Below, piece after piece: positions 38,363-46,474 of a stretch of DNA of 64,000 nt. The first letter of the stretch is position 1. Each line of letters opens with the position of its first letter. A program made the position numbers and the translations under genes. This stretch comes from Mycobacterium sp. (GTDB lineage: Bacteria; Actinomycetota; Actinomycetes; Mycobacteriales; Mycobacteriaceae). The stretch spans positions 3,982 through 67,981 of the forward strand of contig NZ_DASQVQ010000059.1 in the NCBI RefSeq assembly GCF_035640695.1, written 5' to 3'. A model generated the notes under the pieces. It made no database searches and was not told where the DNA came from. It saw only the letters and a program-made list of their open reading frames with translations.

Positions 38363-39226
38363 TCACTTGAGCAACCGCGACAGCCGCCGGTCGGCCAGGA
38401 TCTTGCCGCCGGTCTGGCAGGTCGGGCAGTACTGAAACGACTTGTCGGCGAACGACACCTCACGCACGGTGTCGCCGCACACCGGGCACGGCAGGCCGGT
38501 GCGGTCGTGCACCCGCAGTCCGGATCGCTTCTCGCCCTTCAACGTTGCGGCCTGCTGACCGACGGAGCGGGTGACGGCATCGTTCAGCACCGAAACCATC
38601 GCATCGTGCAGCGCGCCAAGCTGATCCGGCGTGAGCTTGCCCGCCGTCGCGAACGGCGAAATCTTGGCCACATGCAAGATTTCATCGCTGTACGCGTTGC
38701 CGATTCCGGCGATCACCTTCTGATCGGTGATCACCGTCTTGATACGTCCGCCGTTGTCTGCCAGCACCGCCGCCAGGTCCTCCGGTGTCAGCTCGAGCGC
38801 GTCGGGACCGAGCGCCGCGATGCCGGGAACCGTCCAGGGGTCGGTGACCAGCCACACCGCCAACCGCTTCTGCGTGCCGGCCTCGGTGAGGTCGAATCCC
38901 GGCGCCTCACCCGGGGTTCCCAGGTGTACCCGCAGCGCGATCGGCCCCTTGCCCGGCCTCAGTGGCGCGGCCGCCAGCCTGTCCGACCAGCGCAGCCAGC
39001 CGGCCCGCGACAGGTGGGTGATCAGGTGCAGGTCGCCGGCCTCGAGACCGAGGTACTTGCCCCAGCGGTTGGCGCCGGTGACGGCCCGGCCGCGCAACGC
39101 CGTCGGCGGCGGATCGAAGGTCTTGAGCACTTGCAGGGCCGCCACGTCGACGCGGCCGACCGGCAGGCCGACGGCGTGCTGTCGCAGATAGTCGGCGAGC
39201 GCCTCTACCTCGGGCAATTCGGGCAT
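38363..39226 (-). CDS. Fpg/Nei family DNA glycosylase/AP lyase, full length (Rv0944/fpg2 position)
   Basis: MPELPEVEAL N-terminal catalytic motif, H2TH, C-terminal zinc finger CPVCG..CPTCQ. 287 aa. Confidence 0.9.
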   Translation of the reverse strand: MPELPEVEALADYLRQHAVGLPVGRVDVAALQVLKTFDPPPTALRGRAVTGANRWGKYLGLEAGDLHLITHLSRAGWLRWSDRLAAAPLRPGKGPIALRVHLGTPGEAPGFDLTEAGTQKRLAVWLVTDPWTVPGIAALGPDALELTPEDLAAVLADNGGRIKTVITDQKVIAGIGNAYSDEILHVAKISPFATAGKLTPDQLGALHDAMVSVLNDAVTRSVGQQAATLKGEKRSGLRVHDRTGLPCPVCGDTVREVSFADKSFQYCPTCQTGGKILADRRLSRLLK

Positions 39227-39267
39227 GCCTTCAGTCTGCCCGAACCGCCAACAGTGGGCAGTGAGCG

Positions 39268-39669
39268 CTACCTGCTCGCGGCGCGCCTGACATCACGAGT
39301 CACCAGCGAGAGCAGCCAGCTCACCACCGACAAAACGATCGCGGCCCAAATGGCCGTCCACCAGAAGTGGTCGATCTCTAGCCCCCAATGGGTGGTGTGC
39401 CGCGTGATCCACGCGGTGATCCACAGCATGAACGCGTTGATCACGATGTGAATAAGCCCGAGAGTCACGATGTAGAGCGGGATCGACACGATCTGCACGA
39501 CCGGTTTGATGAAAGCGTTCACGAGACCGAAGATCACCGCGACGACGAAGACGATGCCGATCTTCTCCAACGTCGTGTTGCCGCCGACGAAGCTCAGCCC
39601 CGGCACCAGCAGCGTGACGATCCACAGCGCGACCCCGGTCACCGCGGCGCGGAGCAGAAATGGCCCCAT
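39268..39669 (-). CDS. Phage_holin_4_2 (mycobacterial 4-TMS holin superfamily IV) membrane protein
   Basis: MGPFLLRAAVTGVALWIVTLLVPGLSF...FGLVNAFIKPVVQIVSIPLYIVTLGLIHIVINAFMLWITAWI fits the family pattern. Only the last 133 codons of ORF 39268..40314 are used. Confidence 0.75.
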   Translation of the reverse strand: MGPFLLRAAVTGVALWIVTLLVPGLSFVGGNTTLEKIGIVFVVAVIFGLVNAFIKPVVQIVSIPLYIVTLGLIHIVINAFMLWITAWITRHTTHWGLEIDHFWWTAIWAAIVLSVVSWLLSLVTRDVRRAASR

Positions 39670-39707
39670 GGCGCCGATCTTCCCACGGTTCTCTGCCGGC
39701 GCGCCGA

Positions 39708-40484
39708 CTAAGCCGGTCGCAAGACGTACGTGTCCATGATCCAGCCGCGCCGGGCGCGCGCGTCGGCACGCAACGACACGATCTTTTCGCCCACTTCGCC
39801 GACCGTGCCGGACACCAAAAGCTCGTGCGGCGTACCCAGATACGCGCCCCACCAAATCCGGGTGTCCGGTGGGCAGGTCCGAAACGCGCAGTCGCCGTCG
39901 AGCATCACCACCGCCGTGCCGGTCAACCCGTCGCCGGCCAGCCGCCTGCCGGTGGTGATCAGCACCGGTTCGCCAATGTCGTTGAGCGGGATGCGATGAC
40001 GGGCGGTGAGTGCCTGGATGGCGGTGATGCCGGGTATCACGTCGTAGTCGATGTCGACCCGCCGCGCGACCGCGTCGAGGATCCGCAGCGTGCTGTCGTA
40101 CAGCGACGGGTCGCCCCACGCCAAGAAAGCGCCGACGCCGTCCGGCGCAAGCTCGCGTTCGATGGCCCCGGCCCACAGCCGCGCCCGTGCCGCATGCCAC
40201 TCGGTCACACCCGCGCGATAGTCGCCGTCGGGGGCACGCTTGGGGTCGGGTAACTCGACGAAGCGATAGCTCCCCGGCGTCGTGATGAACCGCGCGCAGA
40301 TGTCCCGCCGCCACCGCACCAAATCGCTCTTCGCCTCGCCCTTGTCACTGCCGAAGAAGACCTGCGTGGCGTTGAGCGCCCCGACTGCCGCCTGGGTCAA
40401 GTAGCCCGGGTCACCTGCGCCGATGCCGATGATGTGGATGTAACGCACACGGGGAGCGTAATCGCCCGAGTGTACGGTACTCAA
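39708..40484 (-). CDS. cobF: Precorrin-6A synthase (deacetylating), CobF
   Basis: IHIIGIGAGDPGYLT, LAWGDPSLYDS, VIPGITAIQAL tetrapyrrole methylase motifs. The length fits CobF, and the true start may be the internal GTG (VRYIHII). Confidence 0.85.
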   Translation of the reverse strand: MSTVHSGDYAPRVRYIHIIGIGAGDPGYLTQAAVGALNATQVFFGSDKGEAKSDLVRWRRDICARFITTPGSYRFVELPDPKRAPDGDYRAGVTEWHAARARLWAGAIERELAPDGVGAFLAWGDPSLYDSTLRILDAVARRVDIDYDVIPGITAIQALTARHRIPLNDIGEPVLITTGRRLAGDGLTGTAVVMLDGDCAFRTCPPDTRIWWGAYLGTPHELLVSGTVGEVGEKIVSLRADARARRGWIMDTYVLRPA

Positions 40485-40504
40485 AGTACCCGGTACCCGA
40501 GGTA

Positions 40505-40533
40505 TTGACTAAACCCCTGAGCCGACTTAGCTT
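40505..40533 (+). promoter_or_regulatory. Candidate SigA-type promoter for the diiron oxygenase gene
   Basis: TTGACT (40505-10), 17-nt spacer, TAGCTT (40528-33), which matches TANNNT. Lies 33 nt upstream of the ATG with a GAAGGGCGG SD between. Confidence 0.3.
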
Positions 40534-40565
40534 CGGATAGACGGCACTTTCGAAGGGCGGCAACG

Positions 40566-41765
40566 ATGACTCCCTCAGTCAAGGCTTTAACCCGGGAAGA
40601 GTTCTCCGAGCGCTTGCTCAAGGGCTCGGTCAAGAAGTCCTACGCGCCGATCGTCGACATCGACTGGGACGCACCCCTGGACCCCGACAAGTTCTTCCTG
40701 CCGCCGAAAACCATCTCGCTGTATGGCTCGCCGCTGTGGCAGAAGATGACCCGCGCACAGCGAATCGAGCTGTCCCGCCAGGAATTCGTCAACACGTTGT
40801 CTGCGGGCATCTGGTTCGAGAACCTCCTCAACCAGTCGCTGCTGCGCGACATGATGCATAGGGATCCCACCTCCCCGGAAACGCACTACAAGCTCACCGA
40901 ACTCGGCGACGAAACCCGGCACATGGTCATGTTCGGCATGGCGATCGAACGCGTCGGTGCCAAGCCGGTGCGGCCCCGGCTGTACCAGCGCATGATCATC
41001 AACGCGCTGCCATTGGTGTTCCGTGGGTCGCTGCTGTGGGTCGCCGCGCTGATCGGCGAGGAGATCTTCGACGCGTTGCAGCGCCAGATGATGGACGACC
41101 CGGAGCTGCAGCCGATGGTGCGGCGGCTCATGCGAATTCACGTCACCGAGGAGGCTCGCCACATCCAATTCGCCCGCGACGGGGTGCGCAGGCGCGTCGA
41201 TCACATGCCGCGCCTCAACAAGATCTGGGTTGCCAACCTCAACGGCGCCGGCGGCCCGTTCTTCCGCTACCTGTTCACCAATCCCGTTCCGTACCGCCGC
41301 GCGGGTCTGGATGTGCGGCAGGCACGTCGGGCTGCCCGTAACAACCCGCACTACCACGACACCCAACGAATCGGCTTCGCGCCGCTCGCCGCGTTCCTCG
41401 AAGACATCGGCCTGATGGGGCCGATCGCCCGCAGGCTGTGGCGGCGCAGCAAGTTCCTGCCGTCAAAGTCGCATTCAGCTCCCGGCGAGCCGCTCCACGA
41501 CGAGGTGTACGACGGATCCGCCGTGCTGACCGTCGGTGCCGACGGGCACGACGTGCGCGTGCGGCTGACCGGCCATTTAGACCCGATCGACGGCCGATAC
41601 CATTGGCAGGGAACAGTTTTCGACGTACCGACGATACTCAAGGCCGCACAGCCGGTGACATTGACCATCGGTGAACGGCGTGCCCCCGCGCGCATCACCG
41701 AAGAAACCCCGTGGGGAAGCTATTCGATCGCCGGCGTCGGGATGCCGCCGTACGACCTCCATTAA
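40566..41765 (+). CDS. AurF-like diiron oxygenase fused to a C-terminal DUF4873 domain
   Basis: Two E..H ligand pairs (LGDETRHMVMF, HVTEEARHIQF) within a helical bundle of about 300 aa. The C-terminal 90 aa (LTGHLDPIDGRYHWQGTVF...) resemble DUF4873. Confidence 0.75.
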   Translation: MTPSVKALTREEFSERLLKGSVKKSYAPIVDIDWDAPLDPDKFFLPPKTISLYGSPLWQKMTRAQRIELSRQEFVNTLSAGIWFENLLNQSLLRDMMHRDPTSPETHYKLTELGDETRHMVMFGMAIERVGAKPVRPRLYQRMIINALPLVFRGSLLWVAALIGEEIFDALQRQMMDDPELQPMVRRLMRIHVTEEARHIQFARDGVRRRVDHMPRLNKIWVANLNGAGGPFFRYLFTNPVPYRRAGLDVRQARRAARNNPHYHDTQRIGFAPLAAFLEDIGLMGPIARRLWRRSKFLPSKSHSAPGEPLHDEVYDGSAVLTVGADGHDVRVRLTGHLDPIDGRYHWQGTVFDVPTILKAAQPVTLTIGERRAPARITEETPWGSYSIAGVGMPPYDLH

Positions 41766-42721
41766 CCGACGTAGCGGCTCAACCAGTCGTTGAGCCGCTT
41801 CCACGCATCGGCCGATGCGGCGGCGTTGTACCGCGGCCCCGTGTCGTTGAAGAACGCGTGGTCGGCGTTCTGCTCCACGACCAGATCGCTGATCATGCCG
41901 GCCCGGTCCAGCGCCGCCTTTGCGGCTTGTTCGCTCGATGTGACGCGGGTGTCCAGTGAGCCGTAGAACGCCAGCACCGCCGCCTGCTTGGAGCCGGAGA
42001 AGTCCGGATTGTCCGGCAGCGGGCCGTAAAACGGAACGGCTGCGGCCAGCCGCGGTTCACCGGAGGCCAGCAGCCGCCAGACGAGTCCGCCGCCGAAGCA
42101 GAAGCCCACCACGGCGAGTTTCTTGTCGGGGACCCGGCGCTGCACCTCGTCGACGCCGGACTTCAGGTCGGCGACGAACCTCTCGGGCGGGACATTGCCC
42201 AGCGCCGCGGTCGCCTGCGCCGGGTCGGTAAAGGTTGCGGTGCCGCCCTCTTCGGAGAGCAAGTCGATGGCCAACGCCGAATAGCCTGCGCCGGCTAGTC
42301 GTGCCGCCACCGAGCGCACCCAGTCGTTGAGTCCCCTGTTCTCGTGAATGACCAGAACGCCGCCGCGGGCGTTCGAAGCCTCGGCCCAGGCACCGGACAG
42401 TTCGCCGTTCGGGCCCGGCCATTTCACCGCCACCGTCGGCACGGTGTGCTCCGCACCTGGCGGCGGTGCGGGCGGCCCGCTGGTTGTTGAGGGCTCCGGC
42501 GTCGTCTTCTTCTCCTCGCCACAGGCGGCGATCAGAGCCGTGGCCGCCGCCGTGCCGACCCCGAGCAGAGCCAGTCGACGCAGAGCCTCACGGCGCGAAA
42601 GCAGCCCGTCGACGTGATCGGTGGCGATTTCTTCGGCGATATAGCGCTGCAGTGGTGTCACGTTGGCGAGTATGCGCCTACAACCTCGCGCGTCAATGTG
42701 TATTGAATCTGGCGGTTTCAT
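41762..42721 (-). CDS. Dienelactone hydrolase family protein with Tat/lipoprotein-type signal
   Basis: SRREALRRLALLGVGTAAATALIAACG signal, VLVIHENRGLNDW, nucleophile motif GFCFGG. Confidence 0.8.
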   Translation of the reverse strand: MKPPDSIHIDARGCRRILANVTPLQRYIAEEIATDHVDGLLSRREALRRLALLGVGTAAATALIAACGEEKKTTPEPSTTSGPPAPPPGAEHTVPTVAVKWPGPNGELSGAWAEASNARGGVLVIHENRGLNDWVRSVAARLAGAGYSALAIDLLSEEGGTATFTDPAQATAALGNVPPERFVADLKSGVDEVQRRVPDKKLAVVGFCFGGGLVWRLLASGEPRLAAAVPFYGPLPDNPDFSGSKQAAVLAFYGSLDTRVTSSEQAAKAALDRAGMISDLVVEQNADHAFFNDTGPRYNAAASADAWKRLNDWLSRYVG

Positions 42722-42725
42722 CCGT

Positions 42726-42737
42726 CACCGGCCGGTG
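42726..42737. promoter_or_regulatory. Perfect 12-bp palindrome in the DLH / cheB-like divergent spacer
   Basis: caccggccggtg is self-complementary. A second inverted repeat, ttaccc-N7-gggtaa (42765-42783), lies 10 nt upstream of the cheB-like ATG. Confidence 0.3.
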
Positions 42738-42792
42738 CCATGCTGAGTGCATGAAGAAGGTTGCTTACCCGCCGCGTGGGTAACCAAAAACA

Positions 42793-43824
42793 ATGACCAG
42801 CTCGTCGACCGCAGGACCTTCCACACCACGAGGCGTGGTAGCGGTCGGCGCGTCGGCGGGCGGCGTTGAGGCGCTGACCGACTTCGCCTCCGGCCTGCCT
42901 CGCGACCTTCCATATGCGGTCCTGGTCGTCTTGCACATACCACCCGACGCGCCCAGCGTGCTGGCAAAGATACTGGACCGCAGCGGGCCGTTGCCCGCGG
43001 TACCCGCCACGCACGGCGCCGAGCTTGAGCCCGGCACAATCCACGTCGCCGTACCCGATCGTCACCTGCTTATCCACGACCACCGGGTGGTCCTGTCGGA
43101 TGGCCCCACCGAGAACGGTCACCGCCCGGCTATCAACGCGCTGTTTCGATCCGTCGCCCTCGGCTACGCCCAGCGCGCGGTGGGGATACTGCTGTCAGGT
43201 GTCCTCGATGATGGGGTGCTGGGATCGGCGGCAATCCGCAGTCGAGGGGGGACGACTATCGCGCAGCAGCCTTCCGGCGCCATGTTTTCGGGGCTGCCGC
43301 TCAACGCTGTCCAGGCCGGCGTGATCGATCACGAGATACCGGCCGCAGAGATGGGAGGTCTTCTCAAAGAGCTGGCCGATCGGGAATTCGAGGAGCGAGA
43401 AATGGAACCCGACCCGCGCATGGAACTAGAGAACCGAATCGCCATGGAAAAGCGATTCTCTACCTCATTCGACGCCGGGGCGTTGGGTCCGCCGTCGGGA
43501 TACACCTGCCCGGACTGCAACGGCGGCCTCATGGTCGTCAGCGACGGCAACTTCAGATGCTGGGTCGGCCATGCGTGGACCGCCAATTCATTGCTGCGCG
43601 CACGTGATGCCGAGGTAGAGTCGGCCCTCTGGATCGCCGTGCGCAGCCTGCAGGAAAAGGCCAAACTGTCACGACGGCTGGCCGAAAGCATTGGTCCCAG
43701 CGGGCTATCCCGAAGATACAGTGCGATGGCGGACGAGGCCGAACACGCCGTGTCGGTGCTCAGCGATCGCCTCTCCGAGGCGTACGGAGACATGGGTGAA
43801 TCGGGGGGCGTAAGTGCCAGTTGA
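42793..43824 (+). CDS. CheB-type protein-glutamate methylesterase catalytic domain (no REC) with C-terminal zinc-ribbon/helical extension
   Basis: Catalytic triad context GASAGG (Ser), VVLHIPP (His), LSGVLDDG (Asp). C-terminus CPDCNGGL..FRCWVGHAW. Confidence 0.85.
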   Translation: MTSSSTAGPSTPRGVVAVGASAGGVEALTDFASGLPRDLPYAVLVVLHIPPDAPSVLAKILDRSGPLPAVPATHGAELEPGTIHVAVPDRHLLIHDHRVVLSDGPTENGHRPAINALFRSVALGYAQRAVGILLSGVLDDGVLGSAAIRSRGGTTIAQQPSGAMFSGLPLNAVQAGVIDHEIPAAEMGGLLKELADREFEEREMEPDPRMELENRIAMEKRFSTSFDAGALGPPSGYTCPDCNGGLMVVSDGNFRCWVGHAWTANSLLRARDAEVESALWIAVRSLQEKAKLSRRLAESIGPSGLSRRYSAMADEAEHAVSVLSDRLSEAYGDMGESGGVSAS

Positions 43825-44575
43825 TCGAGGACATTCGCTGGTCGTGTCCGAGACGCTCACCGCGGGCACCCACGTTCTGGTCGCGCAGGGTGTCCTGGAC
43901 AGCGCCACGTATCTCGGGCTGCGGGACCGAATCATCAAGGCGGCGCTCGATGATGCCCGCGCGGTGATCATCGACGTGACCGAGCTGGGGATTCCGGCCG
44001 AGTCTGCGCTGGCGGTGTTCACCAGCGCCCGGTGGCATGTGGGCCAATGGTCGAATGTGCCGATCGCGCTGGTGTGCTCGACGCGGTCGGGCCGACATGC
44101 CATCGGGCGCAATGGCATTACCCGGTATGTGCCCGTTTACCCGACCGTCGGGACCGCCCTCGACGAGCTGTCGCACGACGACCGTCGGCTCCTTCGGCGC
44201 CGGGCCCGCACCAAACTGCCCGCGATCACCGCCAGCGTCGCCCACTCGCGAGAGTTTGTGGCCGAGTGGCTGACATATTGGCAGCAGGCCGAGTTCATCG
44301 CTGTGGCCAAGATGATCGTGACCGTCTTCGTCGAGAATGTGCTGGCCCACACCGACAGCGAGCCGGCGATCCGCCTCGAGACCGACGGCGCGACAGTGAC
44401 TGTCGCCGTCGACGACGGCAGCACCATCCGGGCCGGCCGCCGGGAGGAGCCGGACGGCCGTGAGCGAGTATCGGGCCTCGCCATTGTCGCCGCGTTGAGC
44501 CGGCGCTGGGGTAACGCGCCAACTCCGACTGGCAAAACGGTCTGGGCCGTGATCGGTCCTGAAAATCGCCTCTGA
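43814..44575 (+). CDS. STAS (anti-sigma antagonist) domain fused to an RsbW/SpoIIAB-like HATPase_c domain
   Basis: N-terminal STAS-like beta-alpha pattern (VLVAQGVLDSATYLGLRDRI...AVIIDVTEL). C-terminal N-box FVENVLAHT, G1 VDDGS, G2 SGLAIVAAL..WG. GTG start overlaps cheB-like by 11 nt. Confidence 0.75.
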   Translation: MPVDRGHSLVVSETLTAGTHVLVAQGVLDSATYLGLRDRIIKAALDDARAVIIDVTELGIPAESALAVFTSARWHVGQWSNVPIALVCSTRSGRHAIGRNGITRYVPVYPTVGTALDELSHDDRRLLRRRARTKLPAITASVAHSREFVAEWLTYWQQAEFIAVAKMIVTVFVENVLAHTDSEPAIRLETDGATVTVAVDDGSTIRAGRREEPDGRERVSGLAIVAALSRRWGNAPTPTGKTVWAVIGPENRL

Positions 44576-44624
44576 GCGCGAGTAAAGTTCCGTCCGCGGC
44601 AGTGTTGTCGGGCGGACGGGACGC

Positions 44625-46463
44625 ATGAACGGCGAAAACGACGAGGCATTTGAAGCCCTTTTGCGCTACCTGAGGGATTCGCGCGGATTCGACTTCACCG
44701 GTTACAAGCGCAACTCGCTGATGCGTCGGGTGCGGCACCGGATGGAGCAGGGCGGACACGAGTCATTTGAGCAATACCTCGACGTGCTCCAGGCCAGCTC
44801 GGACGAGTTCGCCGCGTTGTTCAACACGATTTTGATCAACGTCACGGACTTCTTCCGCGATCCCCCGGCGTGGGACTACCTCCGGCAACAGATCATCCCG
44901 TCGATGCTCGCCGAACGCGGCCCCAACGACCCGATTCGGGTGTGGAGCGCGGGCTGCGCGTCCGGCCAGGAGGCCTACACGTTGGCGATGGTGTTGGCCG
45001 AGGCACTCGAGCCGGACGCCTTCCGCCAACGCGTCAAGATCTATGCGACCGACGTTGACGAGGAGGCGCTCACCGAGGCGCGGGCCGCGTCCTACGAAGC
45101 CAAGGCCGTCGAATCGGTGCCCGAGGAACTGCTCGAGCGGTACTTCGAAAACAGCGGCGGGCGCTACGTCTTTCGCAGCGACCTTCGCCGAGCAGTGATC
45201 TTCGGCCGCAACGACCTGGTGAAGGACGCGCCGATTTCTCGGGTGGATCTGCTGGTCTGCCGCAACACCTTGATGTACCTGAACGCCGAGACGCAGCAAA
45301 CTGTCTTGGGGCGCTTGCATTTCGCTCTGGCAGCCAGTGGGATACTGTTCCTTGGCCACGCCGAGATGTTGCTCAGTCACACCGATCGGTTCATACCGCT
45401 GAACCTCAAGCATCGCTTTTTCCGCAAGGCCGCGGGCTCTCATCGTATCGAGTGGTTTGACCCGGCGATGGCATTGGCGGACCGCCACGGCGACCTAGTT
45501 GGGCTTGACCCACTTCGCGACATGGCGTTCCGGGCCAGCCCGGTCGCGCAGATCGTGGTGACCGCCGATGACACCGTCGCGATGATCAACCAGCACGCCG
45601 AAAGCATGTTCGGGCTCTCGGCACGTGACATCGGCCGCCTGCTGCGAGATCTTGAGGTGTCGTACCGGCCGGTCGAACTGCGTGCCTACATCGAGCAGGC
45701 AAAGTCGGAGCGACGGTCCCCCCGTATCCAGGACGTGAAGTGGCAGCGACCGGGCACAGACACCGTATGGTTCGAAATCCACGTCAATCCGCTGATCGAC
45801 GCCGAGCGCGGGCTGCTGGGTGTGTCGATTGTGTTTTTCGACGTCACCGCGACCAGGGCGCTGCTGGACAAGGTCGTCCAGACCAATCGCCAGCTCGAGG
45901 CGGCCTACGAGGAGTTGCAGTCCACCAACGAAGAGCTCGAAACCACGAACGAGGAGCTGCAGTCGACCGTCGAGGAGCTCGAAACCACCAACGAGGAGCT
46001 GCAGTCGACCAACGAAGAGCTCGAGACGATGAACGAGGAGCTGCAGTCGACCAACGACGAACTGCACACCATCAACGACGCGCTGCGGGAACGCAGTTCC
46101 GAGCTCGATGACGCCCGGAACTTCCTCCGTTCACTGGTTGATTCTGTCCATCTCGGCATGGTCGTGGTGGACCGCGAGATGCGAGTGGTGGTGTGGAACC
46201 AGCGATCCGAAGAACTCTGGGGACTGCGCGCGGACGAAGCGACGGGCTCGGACCTCACCGGATTGGACATCGGGCTGCCGGTCAGTGAAATCCGGCCGCT
46301 CATCGGCAATTCCTTCGTCGATCCGAACAACGCCGGCGAAGCCGTGGTCGACGCGGTGAATCGGCGTGGCCGGCCGATCCGCGTCCGCGTCACCTGCGCG
46401 GCGTTTCGGGCCGACGAGCAGGCGGTCAACGGCGCGTTGTTGCTGATGGAAGTTCAACGGTAG
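44625..46463 (+). CDS. CheR-type SAM-dependent methyltransferase - PAS - heptad coiled coil - PAS (no output domain)
   Basis: CheR_N FDFTGYKRNSLMRRV, SAM site IRVWSAGCASGQEAYTLAM. Two PAS-like segments flank EELQSTNEELETTNEEL... 612 aa. Confidence 0.85.
   Translation: MNGENDEAFEALLRYLRDSRGFDFTGYKRNSLMRRVRHRMEQGGHESFEQYLDVLQASSDEFAALFNTILINVTDFFRDPPAWDYLRQQIIPSMLAERGPNDPIRVWSAGCASGQEAYTLAMVLAEALEPDAFRQRVKIYATDVDEEALTEARAASYEAKAVESVPEELLERYFENSGGRYVFRSDLRRAVIFGRNDLVKDAPISRVDLLVCRNTLMYLNAETQQTVLGRLHFALAASGILFLGHAEMLLSHTDRFIPLNLKHRFFRKAAGSHRIEWFDPAMALADRHGDLVGLDPLRDMAFRASPVAQIVVTADDTVAMINQHAESMFGLSARDIGRLLRDLEVSYRPVELRAYIEQAKSERRSPRIQDVKWQRPGTDTVWFEIHVNPLIDAERGLLGVSIVFFDVTATRALLDKVVQTNRQLEAAYEELQSTNEELETTNEELQSTVEELETTNEELQSTNEELETMNEELQSTNDELHTINDALRERSSELDDARNFLRSLVDSVHLGMVVVDREMRVVVWNQRSEELWGLRADEATGSDLTGLDIGLPVSEIRPLIGNSFVDPNNAGEAVVDAVNRRGRPIRVRVTCAAFRADEQAVNGALLLMEVQR
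45909..46097 (+). repeat. 9 x 21-bp (heptad) in-frame tandem repeat, 42-bp super-period
   Basis: gaggagttgcagtccaccaac gaagagctcgaaaccacgaac gaggagctgcagtcgaccgtc ... Encodes EELQSTN EELETTN EELQSTV EELETTN EELQSTN EELETMN EELQSTN DELHTIN DALRERS. Confidence 0.95.
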
Positions 46464-46474
46464 CGGGCGCTACC
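46459..46474. terminator. Short GC hairpin spanning both convergent stop codons (possible bidirectional terminator)
   Basis: ggtagc-gggc-gctacc: 6-bp stem (7 if g-c closes), containing TAG of the cheR-like gene and CTA of the minus-strand ORF. No U-tract. Confidence 0.25.

Noticed and set aside
39268-39669. Prophage or lysis cassette suggested by the 'phage holin' family membrane protein.
   Set aside because: There is no endolysin, capsid, tail, integrase or repressor gene nearby. This family is widespread as a chromosomal membrane protein in actinobacteria.
39268-40314. 348-aa ORF that would overlap cobF almost completely.
   Set aside because: Only the C-terminal 133 codons (from ATG 39669) look like a protein, the 4-TMS holin-family pattern. 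The upstream part is Arg/Gly-rich nonsense read in a frame overlapping the well-supported cobF gene.
42793-46463. A bona fide chemotaxis operon.
   Set aside because: No cheA, cheW, cheY, MCP or flagellar genes occur in the window, and the CheB lacks a receiver domain. It is treated instead as an orphan methylation module (see findings).
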